Below are positions 42,364 through 58,680 of a stretch of 64,000 nt of DNA, piece by piece. Source of the stretch: the human T2T-CHM13v2.0 reference genome, Homo sapiens. How positions within the stretch are numbered: position 1 is the first letter of the stretch; each line of letters opens with the position of its first letter. Below the pieces are notes generated by a model. It was not told the origin of the DNA, did not search any database, and saw only the letters and a program-made list of their open reading frames with translations. The position numbers were made by a program, and so were the translations under genes. The DNA lies in NCBI RefSeq assembly GCF_009914755.1, contig NC_060931.1, one strand, 5' to 3'.

Positions 42364-45192
42364 TTGACTTTGCCTGGATAGCAGTGTCAGGAGGAAATGT
42401 TTGACAAGTTTTCAATTCAAAGGCTTTTAATATCCATTCCAAACTGTATAGCAAGTGTGTATTCTACATACAGTCAACCAGTCCATATGACCCATGATAA
42501 ATATCAAATTTATGTTCTTTTTCCTTCATACACAGGCATGCACATATACACACTGTTTAATCTGCTGGTGTTAGTTCTATGAGTGGCCCAAATCACATGT
42601 GGATGTGGAAAGGGAACACCACACATTGAGATTTCCTTTGGTGATATGCTCAACCCTTCATGCTGCACCCCCACCCTGATACATAGCCATAGAGTCTTCA
42701 GGCATGTGCTGAGCACCTGGTGTGTGACATGTACCGTGCAGGGTTCTTAGGACACTAGAATGATCCCTGGCTTCAGCGCACTTCCCATCTGATGGACAGA
42801 CATATGAGCATGATTTCAACACATAAAAATAAGTGCTCTCATGGAGAAATGCATGAGAGATGGTGGCCTGATTCATTCAACATTTTCGAGAACCTGAGTG
42901 TCAGGCAGTGTTCTAGATGCTCAGGATCTATCAAGTGAACAAAAGAGCCAAAGATATTCACCCAAAACGAAACACTTGCAGAAAACATAAAAGGGCTCAT
43001 ACCTGAGTTCTGAGGTTTGCCCTGTATTTACATGACAAATGAGAAGTTCAGCGAACAAAACTGAATGGCTTCTATACACTAGCAATAAAATGAGCCAAAA
43101 AATGAAATTGAGGGGAAGATTTCATTTGCAACAGAATCAAAAAGAATAAAGTACTTGGGAAATAATTTAACAGAGTAGACTTGTCTAAACATGCGGCCAG
43201 GATTTCAAGCCCCCTTACCAGTGAATTAGCAAGAGTGGAACTCAAACATCCTTATATTCTGCTCCCAAGTTCCATTTTATGGTATCAGTGGGGAAGTTCA
43301 AGTTGCAATTTTGAGTTCTTGTTCTTTTTTAAAGACTACTTCTGTGAGTAGCCGTGAAAGGCTTCACTGTTCATCACAATCTGCCTGGCAGAAGGGGAAG
43401 TGAAGGGCACTCGGGGATGCCTCCATGCTAAATGCACTATTACTGATGAATACTGGAAAGAACGCTGGGTGAAACAGCATCTTCAAAACATGAAGGTGGG
43501 GCACCAGAGGTCCCAGACTTTGTTGTGGGGAGCACCTCTGTCCCCACACTGAAGTCTTGCAGCCTAGAGCTGGGGTATACTGACAGACAGCTAAGAAGGG
43601 AGGTGATCTCAGCACATAAAAGGGGGCCTGAAAGGTGGGTGTCCACTACTTGGCAGCATAGAAAGCAGCCAAACCCAGGGATCCAGCCCACTGTTCTCTG
43701 GGCTCACCCACATTTACAATGACAATCCCTTAGGACAAGGTCAGGGAAGTGGCTTTTGTCTGTGATCAACAAAGTGAGGTAACAAATGACCAGCTATGTA
43801 CATCTTCTTCATACATGTGTAGCCCTTGTATGAGAGATGCTCTGGTCTCTAAGGGCCCAGGCTCCATTTCCAGTTTCTCACTGCCTGAGCCCACTCCAGG
43901 CCTTTACAGATGCACCGGTGGTGGAGCCTCTGCCTAGGAAGGATTAAACACTGATTAGTCCGTCACATCCTGCAACAGAATTCCTTCTGGTACCCAGGCC
44001 ACTCCCTGCCTCTTCTGGTTAATGTTTTGTGACTTTATTCTAGTGGTTTTATCCTGGCTCTGTTTCCTGACTCCGACTGTGTTCTGATCCTTATGTGAAT
44101 ACGCTTCACAGCTTTGGCCCTGTTAGGTTCTTTGCTCTTACCATTGGTTCAGTCTTTGAAGTTCTGACAGAGGCATATGGGTTTCAGTCTGGCTTATTTC
44201 CTGCCTCTCGGGCTCACAGCCACTCCAACCTGCTACCATCTCCCCCCAGGATCCTTGGAGGTAGAGAGGAAATAATTTTAAACATGGGTTAAATGATTGT
44301 TAAAGGTCTAAGCAACTGCAGTTTCACTAGGACAAATGTGGGTGACTTAAAGGGAATGACACTTATTGGCATGGATGTGTTTAGGCATGATTTTTATTTA
44401 TTTATCTTAAAATTATTGCAACTTTGAAGTCATACATGTGGCTAAGCACCTGCATTACTCACCCACCTTGCCCATCGCATTTGCTCTCTTAACTCTTGGG
44501 AGGCCCCGTTTGCCCCCTTTGACCTCCCCCTCACATTCCTGTTGTGGCCACCAAAGAAGGAACAAACAGCTGTGAGAGAACAGTCCCAGAGTTCTCTGCT
44601 CATCCTGTGAACCTTGCCAACCACACAGAAGGCAGAAGAGCTGTGAGCAAGGCAGCTAGTTTTGTAAGGCACACTTTGCTCTTCCAGGCCTATGGACAGG
44701 CCAAATTACCTTGCTCTGCTCCATCTCTTACATTTGCCTTGTGTGACAGATAAATTGCAGTGGAAGTGAGTGAATAAACATGAATTCTTTTAACTGCATC
44801 ATTGGTTTTAAGATAAGCTTAGATCAACAACAGTTAATGGAAATTATTAAACACTTATAGGATGTCAAATTATGTGTGAGGACTCAAAGATGAATAGAGC
44901 AGGGTTCCTGTCATCAAGGAATGCACAGTCTAATGGGGGGGTAAATGTTTAAACATGTTGACCACAGTGTACAACGTGTGAAATAATAGAGGCATCTGAA
45001 AATACAGCAGCAGTAGGGAGAACTAATTGATTCTACCTGGAGGTGTCACTTGAAGGAGCCACAGGTGGTGGCCACTGAGATGCTTTAAAGGAAGAATAGG
45101 AGTAATAGGAGTGTTCCAAGTAGATAAGAAGAGAGAAAAGAAATTGCAGATAGGTAGAAATAACATGTAAAAACATGGTATGGTTTAGGAAC

Positions 45193-45713
45193 TGTATTAG
45201 TTTTCTGTTGCTGCCATAACAAATTACCACAAACTTAGTGGCTTAAACACAAATTTATCATCTAATAATTCTGTAGGTCAGAAGTCCAACCTGAGCCTCA
45301 GTTGGCTAAAATCAAGGTGTAATCATGGCTACATTCCTTTCTGGAGGCTCCAGGGGAGCATTTAGTTGCTTGCCTTTTCCAGCTTCTGGAAGCCACCTAC
45401 GTTCCTTGACTCATGACCGCCTTCCTCCATAGTCAGCAACAGTAGGTCAAGTCCTTCTCATATTTCAGATCTTTCCTCCTTCTCCTTTCATTTCATGTCT
45501 CAAATCCAGCCAGGAACAATTCTCTGCTTTGAAGTACTCACATGATTGGATTGGGCTCACCTGGTTAATCCACAATAATCTCCCCATCTCAAGGGGCCAT
45601 TCTTAATCACATTTGCAAAGTCTCTTTTGTCATGTGAAGAAAGCCATCCACAGGTTCCAGGGATTAGGACATGCACATCCTGGGGGATGCGGGAGATTAT
45701 TCTACCTACCACA
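45193..45713 (-). mobile_element. MLT1 (MLT1C/D-like) solo LTR inserted in an L2
   Basis: tgtattagttttctgttgctgccataacaaattaccacaaac...ctaccaca; 5-bp TSD ggaa(c/t). Confidence 0.85.
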
Positions 45714-46363
45714 GGAATTGTAGTTGCTATTACAGAACCAAAAGCATCATGGGAGATAGAGGGAGGAGACAGGTTTGGAGAAGGCGGCAGCTACCAGATA
45801 ATGAAGACCCTTGTACACCATGTTGAGGAGCCTAGACTTAATTCTGAAGGTGATGAGGTCCTTTGAAGGGTCTAAAGCAAGGTGAGAATTGTGTTTCGAT
45901 GGAGCATTCTGCTGGCAGCATGCAGGACAGACTCAAGGAAGACAAGTAAGGAAGTCCTCAGTCAGTTTACTAATTTATAGTGTACTGGCAGTCTGGTTAC
46001 TACAGGTTGCTGAGTGATGAAAGGGGAGGGAATGAAGGGACAGAGCAGAGACTACTCTTTTGAGAAGAATTGAAATGAAAAGTCAAGGAGAGAAAGAAGG
46101 TAATTAAATGGGAGCACTATGCCCAAGATGGATTTTGTCTTGTTTGTTTTTGAAATGAGAGAGATGAGCAAATTTATAGGTTGAAGATAATGATAATGAT
46201 TATAATAAAATAGCTAACACTGATTAAGACTTTATTTGTACACTAAGATATTATACTACATATGTACATTGATTCATTTTTTCTCTCTTACAACTGAAGA
46301 GACTGAGGCAAGGACTAGTTAAATATCACTTCAAGTTACATAGTTTTAAAAAATAGCAAAGCT

Positions 46364-46670
46364 GGCCAGGCATGGTGGCTCACACCTGTAATCCCATCAC
46401 TTTTGGGGAGACCAAAGCAGAAGGATTGCCTGAGACCAGAAGTTCGAGACCAGCCTGGGCAACGTAGTGAGATTCCATCTCTACAAAACATTTTAAGAAA
46501 ACCTAGCGGGGCATGGTGATGCACACCTGTAGTCCTAACTACTTGGGAGGCTGAGGCAGGAGTATCGCTTGAGCCACAGGAGTTCGAGGCTGCAGTGAGT
46601 TATGATTACACCACTGTACCCCAGCCTGGGCAACAGAGCAAGACTTTGCCTTAAAAAAAAAAACAAAAAC
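46364..46670 (+). mobile_element. Alu (AluJ-like)
   Basis: Full dimer; TSD tagca(a/g)agct. Confidence 0.93.
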
Positions 46671-46737
46671 TAGCAGAGCTATAATTCAAAACAAAATCCA
46701 CTTGACTTGTGATATACTTGACTACTAGACTATGCTA

Positions 46738-47066
<329 letters not shown>

Positions 47067-48386
47067 TTAAAAGGAGAGAAGCTATTACTGATGACTCAAT
47101 GCCTAGGAAAAGGTAGGAGAGCATATATTTGAAAGCACAGGTGGAGGAGGAAAGGAATATGTGGCCTAATATTTTCTGTGAATGAGTTAGGTGTGTGAGA
47201 AAGCTAAAGCTTGAGATAACCTATGGGAAAAGTCAAAGGAAGCAGTTTTGAGAGCTCAATGCATTTGGAAACTACTTGAAATGGCCGTATTGTTTATTTC
47301 CAGCAGTGAGAGGGGAGCAGGCGAAAGGGAGATGAGAGTGGTAACCACTTATGCTTTCACATTTATATTACCTTCCAAAGCATGCCAGCCATTCCCCAGA
47401 ATGAAGCCAACCCACTAGGTAATGTCAAAGAAGTCACAAGAACAGGGTAGGCAAATAGCTGTGACCACCTTGGACAAATCCAGGTTCCCTGCACACACCC
47501 ACGCAAACACCTAATTCTTTCCTCATGCTGACCCCCTTCCAGATAAACTCACTTGGTGAAAGCTCTTACTGAGCTATTACTTCCTTGAAATGTCCTAGAA
47601 TTTCCATTTTTGAAATTTTTTCCATATTGTTACATGTCATCCATGAATCATGAACTCTTTTTAAACTTTATCTCTAGAGTAAATGTTTCCTTCCAGTCAC
47701 ATAATTGCCAGCAGGGCAATTCAATAACACAGAATCTATTGTGAAATCATATTTATGAACTTATGACATTATATCTAACCTTTCATTGTGTATGCTCTTT
47801 GACAATTTAAGATTGAACTTTGTGCTATATTTCTTAGATTCTGCATTTTTGAAACATGACAAACTTGAGTTCTGCACCCACTTGTATCATGCAATGTGAA
47901 AATGCAACCATTTTCCATGTATGATATTGTTTATGAGTGAAGCATTTTTATCTGCTAGAACTTAGTGTGAAGTTTCTAACCAGGGATCGACCTGCTTAAA
48001 GAGACAGTTTATAATTTCACAGAAAAGTCACTTTTTGATGAATGTTGACGTCTAGATTATGATTTTTTATGTTTAAGGCAGCTAAAATCTATTCTCCACA
48101 GTTTAGTTTTTTTAAGAGAGATTTGTTTTTTTAGAGGAGACTGAAATAACAAAGTTTATCAACTAACATTCTGAACATCTATGACTTTACCTTTTCCAAT
48201 TTATGTAGAAACTGCAAGAACATATTCAGGTGTTTTACCCTGTCAGCTTTCTTTGCAGGTTTGTAAGGCACCAAAGGCCAGCAGAATGATAGAGACAGAA
48301 AACAGGAAAGGAAACCTCTGTAGTTTTCCTGCTTTTCTGTGGCCATAAAACTAGCCAACATGTATCCTTGGCCCACCTACAATTAG

Positions 48387-48702
<316 letters not shown>

Positions 48703-49254
48703 ACCATTGCTGTTAAAGATGGGACTCAACTTAGGGGAAATACAGTTGAGCATTCAGTAAGTCAGAGCTAGAATCTGCCTATATCTGCCACTAGGACCTG
48801 ATCACAGTACTCTCTAAATTCTAATTCTCTCTAAATTCTGCTCTAATTCCCTCTTGTTTACAGTGATAGTCTGCAAGCACATTTTTAATAGCCTTTTGTT
48901 ATTAAAAGTAATACATATTGGAAAAATTAGAAAACACAGGCAAGCAAAAATAAAAACATAAAAGCAGCACATTCTTACTACCCAGAGCACATCATTTTAA
49001 CATCTTAGTTCTTATCCTTCTGGATCTCTATATATTCACATACTCATATGTAAAATAAGATCATCTTCTACGGACAGTTCTTGCTTTCTGGCTTAACAAG
49101 ATGTCTCAGCTTCACTTTGTGTCTTCCCTGTACCAGACCTGAAATCAACCATTTCTAACACTTGCTGCTTCCTTTTAGTGGGAAATAAGATTAAAGACCA
49201 AAATGTATTAGGAGTGCTCATTGTTGTTAATGTGGCATTATTTCTAGACCATTA

Positions 49255-50740
49255 TATATTTTTTAACCTTTAAGTTTAGTGATACAAGTGCAGGTTTGTT
49301 ACGTAGGTAAACTTGTATCATGGAGGTTTGTTGTACAGATTATTTCATCACCCAGGTATTAAGCCTAGTACCTATTAGTAGTTTTTCCTGATCCTCTCCC
49401 TTCTCCTCCCTTCCACCCTCTGACAGGCCCCAGTGTGTGTTGTTTCCCTCTATGTGTCCATGTGTTTTCATCATTTAGCTCCCACTTATAAGTGAGAACA
49501 TGTGGTATTTGGTTCTCTGCCCCTGTGTTAGTTTGCTAAGGATAATGGCCTCCAGCTCCATCCATGACCCTGCAAAGGACATGATCTCATTCTTTTTTAT
49601 GGCTGCATAGTGTTCCATGGTGTATGTGTACCCCATTTTCTTCATCCAGTCTATCACTGATGGACATTTAGGTTGATTCCATGTCTTTGCTATTGTGAAT
49701 AGTGCTGCAATGAACATACACATGGATGTGTCTTTATAATAGAATAATTTATATTCCTTTGGGTATATACCCATTAATGGGATTGCTGGATCAAATGGTA
49801 TTTCTGTCTTTAGATCTTTGAGGAATCACCACTGTCTTCTACAATGGCTGAAATACTTACACTCCCACCAACAGTGTATAAGCATTCCTTTTTCTCCACA
49901 ACCTCAGCAACATCTGTTATTTTTTGACTTTTTAAAAATTGTTATCTTTAGTTCTGGGGTACATATGCAGGATGTGCAGGTTTATTACATAGGTAAATGT
50001 GTGCCATGGTGGTTTGCTGCACCTGTCAATCAGCCCATCACCTAGGTATTAAGCCCAGCATGCATTAGCTATTTTTCCTAATGCTCTCCCTCCCCCAACT
50101 AACAGTAGCCATTCTGACTGGTGTGAGATGGTGTCTCATTGTGGTTTTGATTTGCATTTCTCTAATGGTCAGTGATGTTGAGCTTTTTTTCATAAAATTG
50201 TTGGCATTGGCCACATGTATGTCTTCTTTTGAAAAGTGTTCATTTCCTTTGCTCACTTTTTAGTAGGGTTATTTGGCTTTTTCTTGTAAATTTACATTCC
50301 TTATAGATGCTGGATATTAGACCTTTGTCGGATGCATAGTTTGCAAAAATTTTTCCCATCCTGTAGGTCATTTAATCTGTTGATAGTTTCTTTTGCTGTG
50401 CAGAAACTCTTTAGTTTAATTAGATCCCGTTTGCCAATTTTTGTTTTTGTTGCAGTTGCTTTTGGTGTCCTCATCAGTAAATCTTTGCCTATGTCTATGT
50501 CCTGAATGGTATTGCCTAGGCTGTCTTCCAGGGTTATTATAGTTTTAGGTTTTACATTTAAGTCTTTAATCCATCTTGAGTTAATTTTTATGTACGGTGT
50601 AAGGAAAGGGTCCAGTTTCAATCTTCTGCATATGGCTATCCGGTTACTCCAGCACCATTTACTGAATAGGGAGTCTTTTCCCCATTGCTTGTTTTTGTCA
50701 GGTTTGTCAAAGATCAGATAGTTGTAGGTGTGCGGTCTAG
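49255..50740 (-). mobile_element. L1PA ORF2 end and 3' UTR, with a nested short L1PA 3' end at ~49936-50099
   Basis: ORF2 peptides [25 protein letters not shown] and MFIAALFTIAKTWNQPKCPS. Confidence 0.92.
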
Positions 50741-51589
50741 GCTATTTAATGGACAAAGCTAGGGAAAAAAATTTTAAGCATGAGTTAGTTCATACTTGTA
50801 TTTGCAATTCAATTTTAACTTTGTAGTGTTTTCACTAATTTGATTTTACAATTGTATCTCTTTTACACAGAAAATTGATTTCTAATGTAATTGACATTAA
50901 AGTTTTCTTGAGTTTACCATAAAAATCACTCTTTTAAAGTGTTTTTAATGGCTTTTAGTATATATACAGAGTTGTATAATCATGGCATAATTGTAGAATA
51001 TTTCCGTGACACCAAAGAAACCTTGTGCCCATTAAAAGTCATTCCCCTCACACTAGTTGTCTTATGTGTAGGAAACCACTAAATCAACTTTCTGTCTCCA
51101 AAGATCTGCCCACTCTGGATATTTCATATAAATGAATAACATAATATGTGGCCTTTGGTGTCTTGCCTCTTTCACTTAGTGTATAGATTTCAAAGTTCAT
51201 CCATGTTACAGCAGGTATCAAGACTCCATTCCTTTTTATGGCTGAATATTCCATCCTATGGGTATATATTTTTTGTTTGTCCATTTGTCAATTGATGGAC
51301 TTGTAGGTTGTTTCTCTTTTTTTTTACTATTATGAATGATGCTGCCATATTTGTGTCCAAGCTTTTATATGAGCATATATCTTCAATTTAATTGAGTACA
51401 CTCTTTGCTTTTTCACGTGGATTTGAGTTATTGTTCCTTCTTTCCAGCATGAAGAGCTTACTTTATTATTTCTTATAAGGCAGGTGTGCCAGCAATGATT
51501 TTCTCTATTTTGGTTTATATTGGAATGTCTTTATTTCCTCTTCCTATTTGAAAGATATTTTTGATGGATATAGGATTCTTGGTTGACAG

Positions 51590-51621
<32 letters not shown>

Positions 51622-52020
51622 CTGTTTTTTCTTCACTTTAAATGTGTCAGCCACTGCCTTCTCCCTTCCATTATTTTAGATGAGAAGTTACTCTTATGTG
51701 ATTCCCTTGTACATAATAAGCTGGGGTTTTTTGTTTTGCTTTTTGCTGCTTTGGAGATTTATCTTTATCTTTGGCTTTCAGCAGTTTGTGATGTATCTGA
51801 ATGTGAATATCTTTTTGTTGATTCTACTTGGGATTCTTTGAGCTCCTGAATATGTTTTCATCCCATTTGCAAAGTTTTTTATTTCTTTAAGTATGTTTTC
51901 TGTTCTCTTTTTCTCTAGTTCTCCCATTACTTGTAATTTAGTGGGATTAATGTCCTCCATTTCTGTGACAATCTGTTTGTGTGTCTTCATGCTTTTTCTC
52001 TCTGTTATTCAAATTATATA

Positions 52021-52624
52021 CAGTAGTCCCCCCCACCATCTGCAATTTTATGTTCTGCGATTTCAGGTATCCGTGGTCAACTATGGTCCAAAAATATTAA
52101 GTGGAAAATTCCAGAAGTAAACAATCCATAAGTTTAAATTGCATGCTATTCTGAGTAGTGTGATAAAATCTCTCATGTTCCCACACCATCCCACCTGAAA
52201 TGTGAATCATCCCTTTGTCCAGCATGTACACACTGTGTATGCTACCCACCCATTAATCACTTAGTGGCTGTCTTAGTTACCAGGTCCACTGTTGCAGGAT
52301 TGCTGTGCTTGTCTTCAAGTTACCCTTATTTTACTTAATAATGGCCCCAAAGCACAAGATCAGTGATAGTGGCAATTTGGATACGCCAAAGAGAAGCCAT
52401 AAAGTGCTTTCTTTAAGTGAAAAAGTGAAAGTTCTCAATTTAATAAGGAAAGAAAAAAAAGTTTGCTGAGATTGCTAAGATCTACAGTAAGAACAAATCT
52501 TATCTGTGAATTGTGAAGAAGGGAAAATAAATTTGTGCCTAGCATAAATGGGTTTGGTACTATCCATTCAGGGATCCTCCTGGGGTCTTGGAGCCCATCC
52601 CCCATGAATAAGTGGGCACTACTG
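52021..52624. mobile_element. MER44 (Tigger7) DNA transposon within old L1 fragments
   Basis: TIR cagtagtccc...gggcactactg. Confidence 0.8.
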
Positions 52625-54167
52625 CCTTCTCTACTGATCTACAAGTTTACCGATTGATTCTTCTGCTTGCTCAAATCTACTGTTGAACTCCTCCAGTGAA
52701 TTTTTCAATTATGATTTTCTACTTAGGAATTTCAGTGTAGCTCCTTAAAAATTTCTTCTTACTGACAATCTCTATTTGATGCATTGTCATCATACTCTCC
52801 TTTAATTTTTAAAACATGGTTTCTTTCATTCTTCAAACATATTTATAATATTTTCTTTGAAGTCTTTGTTAAATCTAACGTCTGCATCCTCCCTAAGAAA
52901 GTTTCTGCCTGTTGTTGTTGTTTTTTTTTTTTTTCCTCTGCAGAAAGGAACTGGGGATCTCACTATATGGGATGGGGGTCATATTTTCTTGTTTCCTTGC
53001 AAGTCTCATAATTTTTCATTGTAAATTGGACATTTTAGGTCATATATTGTAACAACTCTGGATTCTGATCCTTCCCAGGCTTATTGATGCTGTTTTGTTC
53101 TTGTTATTGTTGTTCATCTATTTATTTGTTTAGTGACTTGGCTGGACTAATACTGTGAAGTATATTTTTCCCCCGCAGTAGGCAGCCTCTAATGTCTCTG
53201 CTTAGATAGTTGTTCCTTGTTTTTTTGTTTTTAAACTTGAATTCCTGGGTGTTGCCCTCGGTCAGTCACTGATTGGTCAGAGGTCACGCTTAAGCTCACT
53301 GAGCCAGTAAGGTTTTCATCCTTTTCCACTGGGTCTGTGTGTGGCTTGGGAACAACTTTTGGAGTTCGAGGAGTTTATATATCTGCCACTTTTAACTCAG
53401 GGACTGACTTGGAAGTACCCTGTCTGGTTGATCTTGGGTGGTCACAGCCGTGGGCTTTTCCACAGTCTCCTGGACCACCAGTATCAAGTGTGAATTTTTT
53501 TACTGTCCCTCGTCCCAATTTCTCTGTTAAACTTCTGCTGGTCTGCATCTATTAGCATCACAAAACTATTAGCCTACTCTGTTAGCCCTTATGATATCTG
53601 TTTTTCTATGTCTGTTATTTTTTACATTGCTCTGGGACATGAATATCCTACACTCTGTTCCAAATAAAGTCAAAGGCAGGGCTGCAGAGCTGCAAGTCCT
53701 CACAGCTTGCTCAGCCCCCAACCTGGTTAGAGCCTCTGTGTTACTGAGCAGGAGCTGGGGATATGGGGAACTCTGATCTGTTTTGTTTGCCCTGCCCAGG
53801 GTCTCCCTGTAGAGCAGGACATTAGGGAGTGAGTACTGGCACTACCGAACAGCTACAGCTGCCCATGGGGAAGAAGGGGAGGATGAGTGCTGAGTGCTAC
53901 CGTTTCTTAGATCTTCACCTGGGATAGATCTTGATCCTCAGCAATAGGAAAGTGGGGGACATGGGCACCTCACTGGCTGCAAGCCTGCCCAGAATAGTTC
54001 TGAAACCTGAAGCTAGAGGGATGGATGCAGCCCATGGTTCAAATGCCACAGTTTCTTGCTGAGCTTCAGTAGATTTTATTGAATAAGTGTTTCTCAATTT
54101 ATTATATAACCTTAGGTCAATTTCCAGAGACTTTAAATGGTTGTCTCAGATTATTTTGACCAGTTAA

Positions 54168-54493
<326 letters not shown>

Positions 54494-54610
54494 AAATCAA
54501 TGTTTCTTTGAAGGAGAGAATTCATCAAACTCTTCATCCCACCATTTTGGAAGTCCCACCCACCCCCTGGATTGGTCTGTAATTTATAATTTTACTTATT
54601 TGCTTTAAAT

Positions 54611-54917
54611 CAGCAGCCCCCAACCTTTTTGGCACCAGGGACCAGTTTCGTGGAAGACAATTTTTCCGTGGGGCAGAAGGAATGCTTTTGGGATGAAACT
54701 GTTCCACCGTAGATCATCAGGCATTACATTCTCCTAAGGAGTGCACAACCTAGATCCCTCACATGCGCATTTCACAATGGGGTTTATGCTCCTATGAGAA
54801 TCTAATGCCACTGCTGATCTGTCAGGAGGCAGAGCTCAGGTGGTAATGCTCACTTGCCCGCTGCTCATCTCCTGCTGTGCAGCCCAGTTCCTAAAGCCCA
54901 GGGGCTGGGAACTCCTG
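54611..54917. mobile_element. MER1B-like hAT-Charlie DNA transposon
   Basis: cagcagcccccaacctttttggcaccagggacc...gggaactcctg; 8-bp TSD ctttaa(a/c)t. Confidence 0.88.
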
Positions 54918-55462
54918 CTTTAACTTGCAATATTAAAACATTGCAAAATGCCAAATACAATCATTTACTTAAAATAAAACTGCAGAATGTAGTTTCAGTA
55001 TTCTATCTTTTTTTTTTTTGTATCTATCTCTTCAAACTTTGGCCTACCTTAAGGCAGAGCCTATGTTATATTCATTTCTGTTTTTTTTATGCAGGGAGCA
55101 TTAAGTAGGAAGTAATGGTCTTTTTAGCTTAAGAACAAAACTAAATACTATCTGTTTTTTTGAATATTTGAGTCCACAATTACCTTACCCAGTAGTTTAC
55201 CTTCAGAAAATGGCTGGTTAGCTAGTTACTGGGCTAGCCCCTAGTTGGTCTTCATTGTACCCATATACATACAAACACACACTCACATATTTACCTTTTC
55301 ATAATCTTTTCCCAGCAACTTTTCTCCTTTAAGTGTGTCCATTTGTAAAGGCTTTTTTTTTTTTTTAACTTATTAGATTTTAAAGCCATAGTAACTATGG
55401 TCTGTATACTTTGGGAAACCAATGAAAATGTTTGAAACATGAAATAAATTATATATTGGCTA

Positions 55463-55861
<399 letters not shown>

Positions 55862-56895
55862 TTATATTTAAGGTGGCATATGAATAGATTTTAAGATATT
55901 TGATACAGGTAGAGTATCCTCAAAGGTCTTAAAGATCTTGTTCACCATATTTCACCCATAGATTAAAAAAATAATGAGGGTTGTAGGGATTGGAAGCCAG
56001 GCCTGGCACCAGATAGTATGGCCCTCATGAAAGATCCCCAACACTTTCACAAAGAAGAAATGGTTTCATAATGCATTTAACATTTTTCTACCCTGATGCG
56101 GGTAGAAAGACCACGAAACCCCACTGTATAGACTCAGACTTTTGCATTTTGATAGCTGCATTCATTCATTTGCTAACAAATATAAGCAATTTACCTAGCA
56201 CCTGGGTATACTGTGCCTGGGATTATACTGTGCCTGGGATTCTAGTAATACTTTGGCTGAGGATACAGTGAAGGACAAGGTAATCTGGGCCCTTTCCTCA
56301 TAGGTCTTATATACTAGCTGGGGAAGTATAAAAATGTTTTTAATAATGTAAGTAAATTTATTCTTGCAGATTGTAATGTTATGAAGCTCAGCGTTCTTTA
56401 GAGGTAGGAGCAAGTACACGTGGTTATCTTCTTTAGATTTGGAAGTCAGAAAAGGCCTTCTTATGAATTCATATTTAAGCTGAGACATGAAGAAAGACTT
56501 GGAGTGAAGTAGGGGGAGTAAGGAATGACTAATCAGAGGCCCTGGAGAAAAAGAGAGACTCATACATCTGTGGAAATCAAAGGCAGCCAGTGTGGCAGAA
56601 GCAATGAAGCACTGGGAGCTTAAAGAGTGTGTTGTGAAAGGAGGCTGTGGGGGTGTTGGGGTCAGGCAGGACCTCAAGGTCTTGAATACCAAGGGTCTTG
56701 AATTTTATTCCACTTGAAGTGTTTTGATCACCCAGCATAACATAACCTTGTCTGATTTTTAAAAAGATCTCCCTGGCAGAAGGGCAGTTAGGAGGTTTAG
56801 TAGTGGTCCAACTGAGAGATGATGAGACTTGGGCCAGTGGGATCAGGGAAGGAAGAGGAAAGTGGATGAATTCAATAAGCACTTTAGAGGTAAGG

Positions 56896-57210
<315 letters not shown>

Positions 57211-58063
57211 TGTAAGAACAACAGGGCTGAAAAACACAAATATTCTCTTTAGTTCTATTTTGATACTGTCACTAGCAGTTGAAGTCAAACCTAATACAAA
57301 TGCTCATTGCATTATGATTTTAGGATGGTAAAACTTTAGTGTTTGACGATGTTTTATGATGTCTGTTAACTAATTATCACCTAACTCAGAAAACAGATCA
57401 AAAGTCATTTTAACTAGAAATAAAATGGGAATAAATAGTACCTCTTTATGCATTGGAAAACTTTCCATGCTTCTTTGACAGCAGAGGCAAAGGCATCACG
57501 GTACAGGGGAGTGATCGTGGGTTTTTGGAGCTGAACCACTTGGGTTTAAATTCTCACCCTGCCTTTAACTAGCTCTATAACCTTGAACAAATCATTTTTC
57601 TAAACTTTAGTTTCAAATGGAGATGATAATCTTTATTTCACAACATTTTTAAGAATGAAATAACTGATGGGCAACACATACTCTAATAGCTGTTCAATAA
57701 CCATTCATTTTCTCAACTTACAAATAGCCAACCTATAATCTACACTATTCAGATTGTTTGTTAAACCTTGAAATTTTTTTTAGAGTTAGAAGAATTTAAC
57801 TCAATCCTCTCAATTTCCAGACAAAGAAATAACAGCCTAGGGAGTTGAAAAGACTTGCCTGAGGACACAGAATGTACTGGGGGCAGAATAGAACTAGCAC
57901 TATTTTCTCCAAACACCTGGCATGTTTCCAGTACACTACATTGCCTCGTGTATCCTCTAATGTTTAATGGAGGATTTTATAAGATAACCATATATCCATT
58001 CCATCCCCTGCTTAAGCCTAAAGAGAATGGTGATTAACAGTGACCTTATGTTCTCTTTGCTAG

Positions 58064-58146
58064 TTACATGCTATGGGAAAACTTCCTGGAACCAGAATGG
58101 CAGCGTTAAAAGCCAAGTATACCTTGCTGCATGACGCCGTGATGAG
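58064..58146 (+). CDS. CCDC146: CCDC146 internal coding exon (83 nt): [27 protein letters not shown](S)
   Basis: Acceptor ttctctttgctag|, donor GAG|gtatgc. Peptide recognised from the CCDC146 N-terminus and splices in frame to the next exon. Confidence 0.92.
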
Positions 58147-58229
58147 GTATGCAATTTACCAATATGGAGACATGATTAATCACCTTTAAATTTCTTACTG
58201 GTGATGAGACCTGTCTTCATTTGCATTCC

Positions 58230-58680
58230 CCCATAAGCAGACCCTGAGGCAAGGATTTGCGTTCAGGGAGTTTGAGAAGTGGTACGAGAAAGCATCGTGA
58301 GAGAGTGGGGAAGTGCGACTGGGAAGGAAGGAATCTAGCCTTGATCAGGCCGTGTACATCTGCGAGTTTATATGATGGGCTACTGGGGCTCAGCCTCACA
58401 GAGGAGCCTCTGAGTGGCTCACCTCAGCACTCTCCCACTGAAGAGTGAGGAAACTGGAATATTTGCCCACCAGTTTCCACCACTCATTTATTACAAATTA
58501 CTTCCAGGGAGATTAGCTCTTGGCACTTCCAGCTTGCGCTTTGACAAACCAAGCAAACTTTGATGGCCAGAGACAGCTCTCAGGCGGAGGGACACAGGTG
58601 CTGCTGATACATATGGTAACTGTCCACTAAAGCTGCAGGTGGGCAAAAGGATTCTGGTGGGACACTGACAGTCTCTGCAT
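58230..58680. mobile_element. Old ERVL LTR (LTR16-like)
   Basis: gcagaccctgaggcaaggatttg resembles the recalled LTR16-family consensus. Confidence 0.5.

Noticed and set aside
43180-44800. Repeat-poor, GC-richer stretch with many short ORFs
   Set aside because: No coherent exon structure or recognisable peptide. It could be regulatory, but sequence alone does not support a call.
49475-50721. L1 ORF2-like peptides as an active retrotransposon
   Set aside because: 5'-truncated, frameshifted and interrupted.
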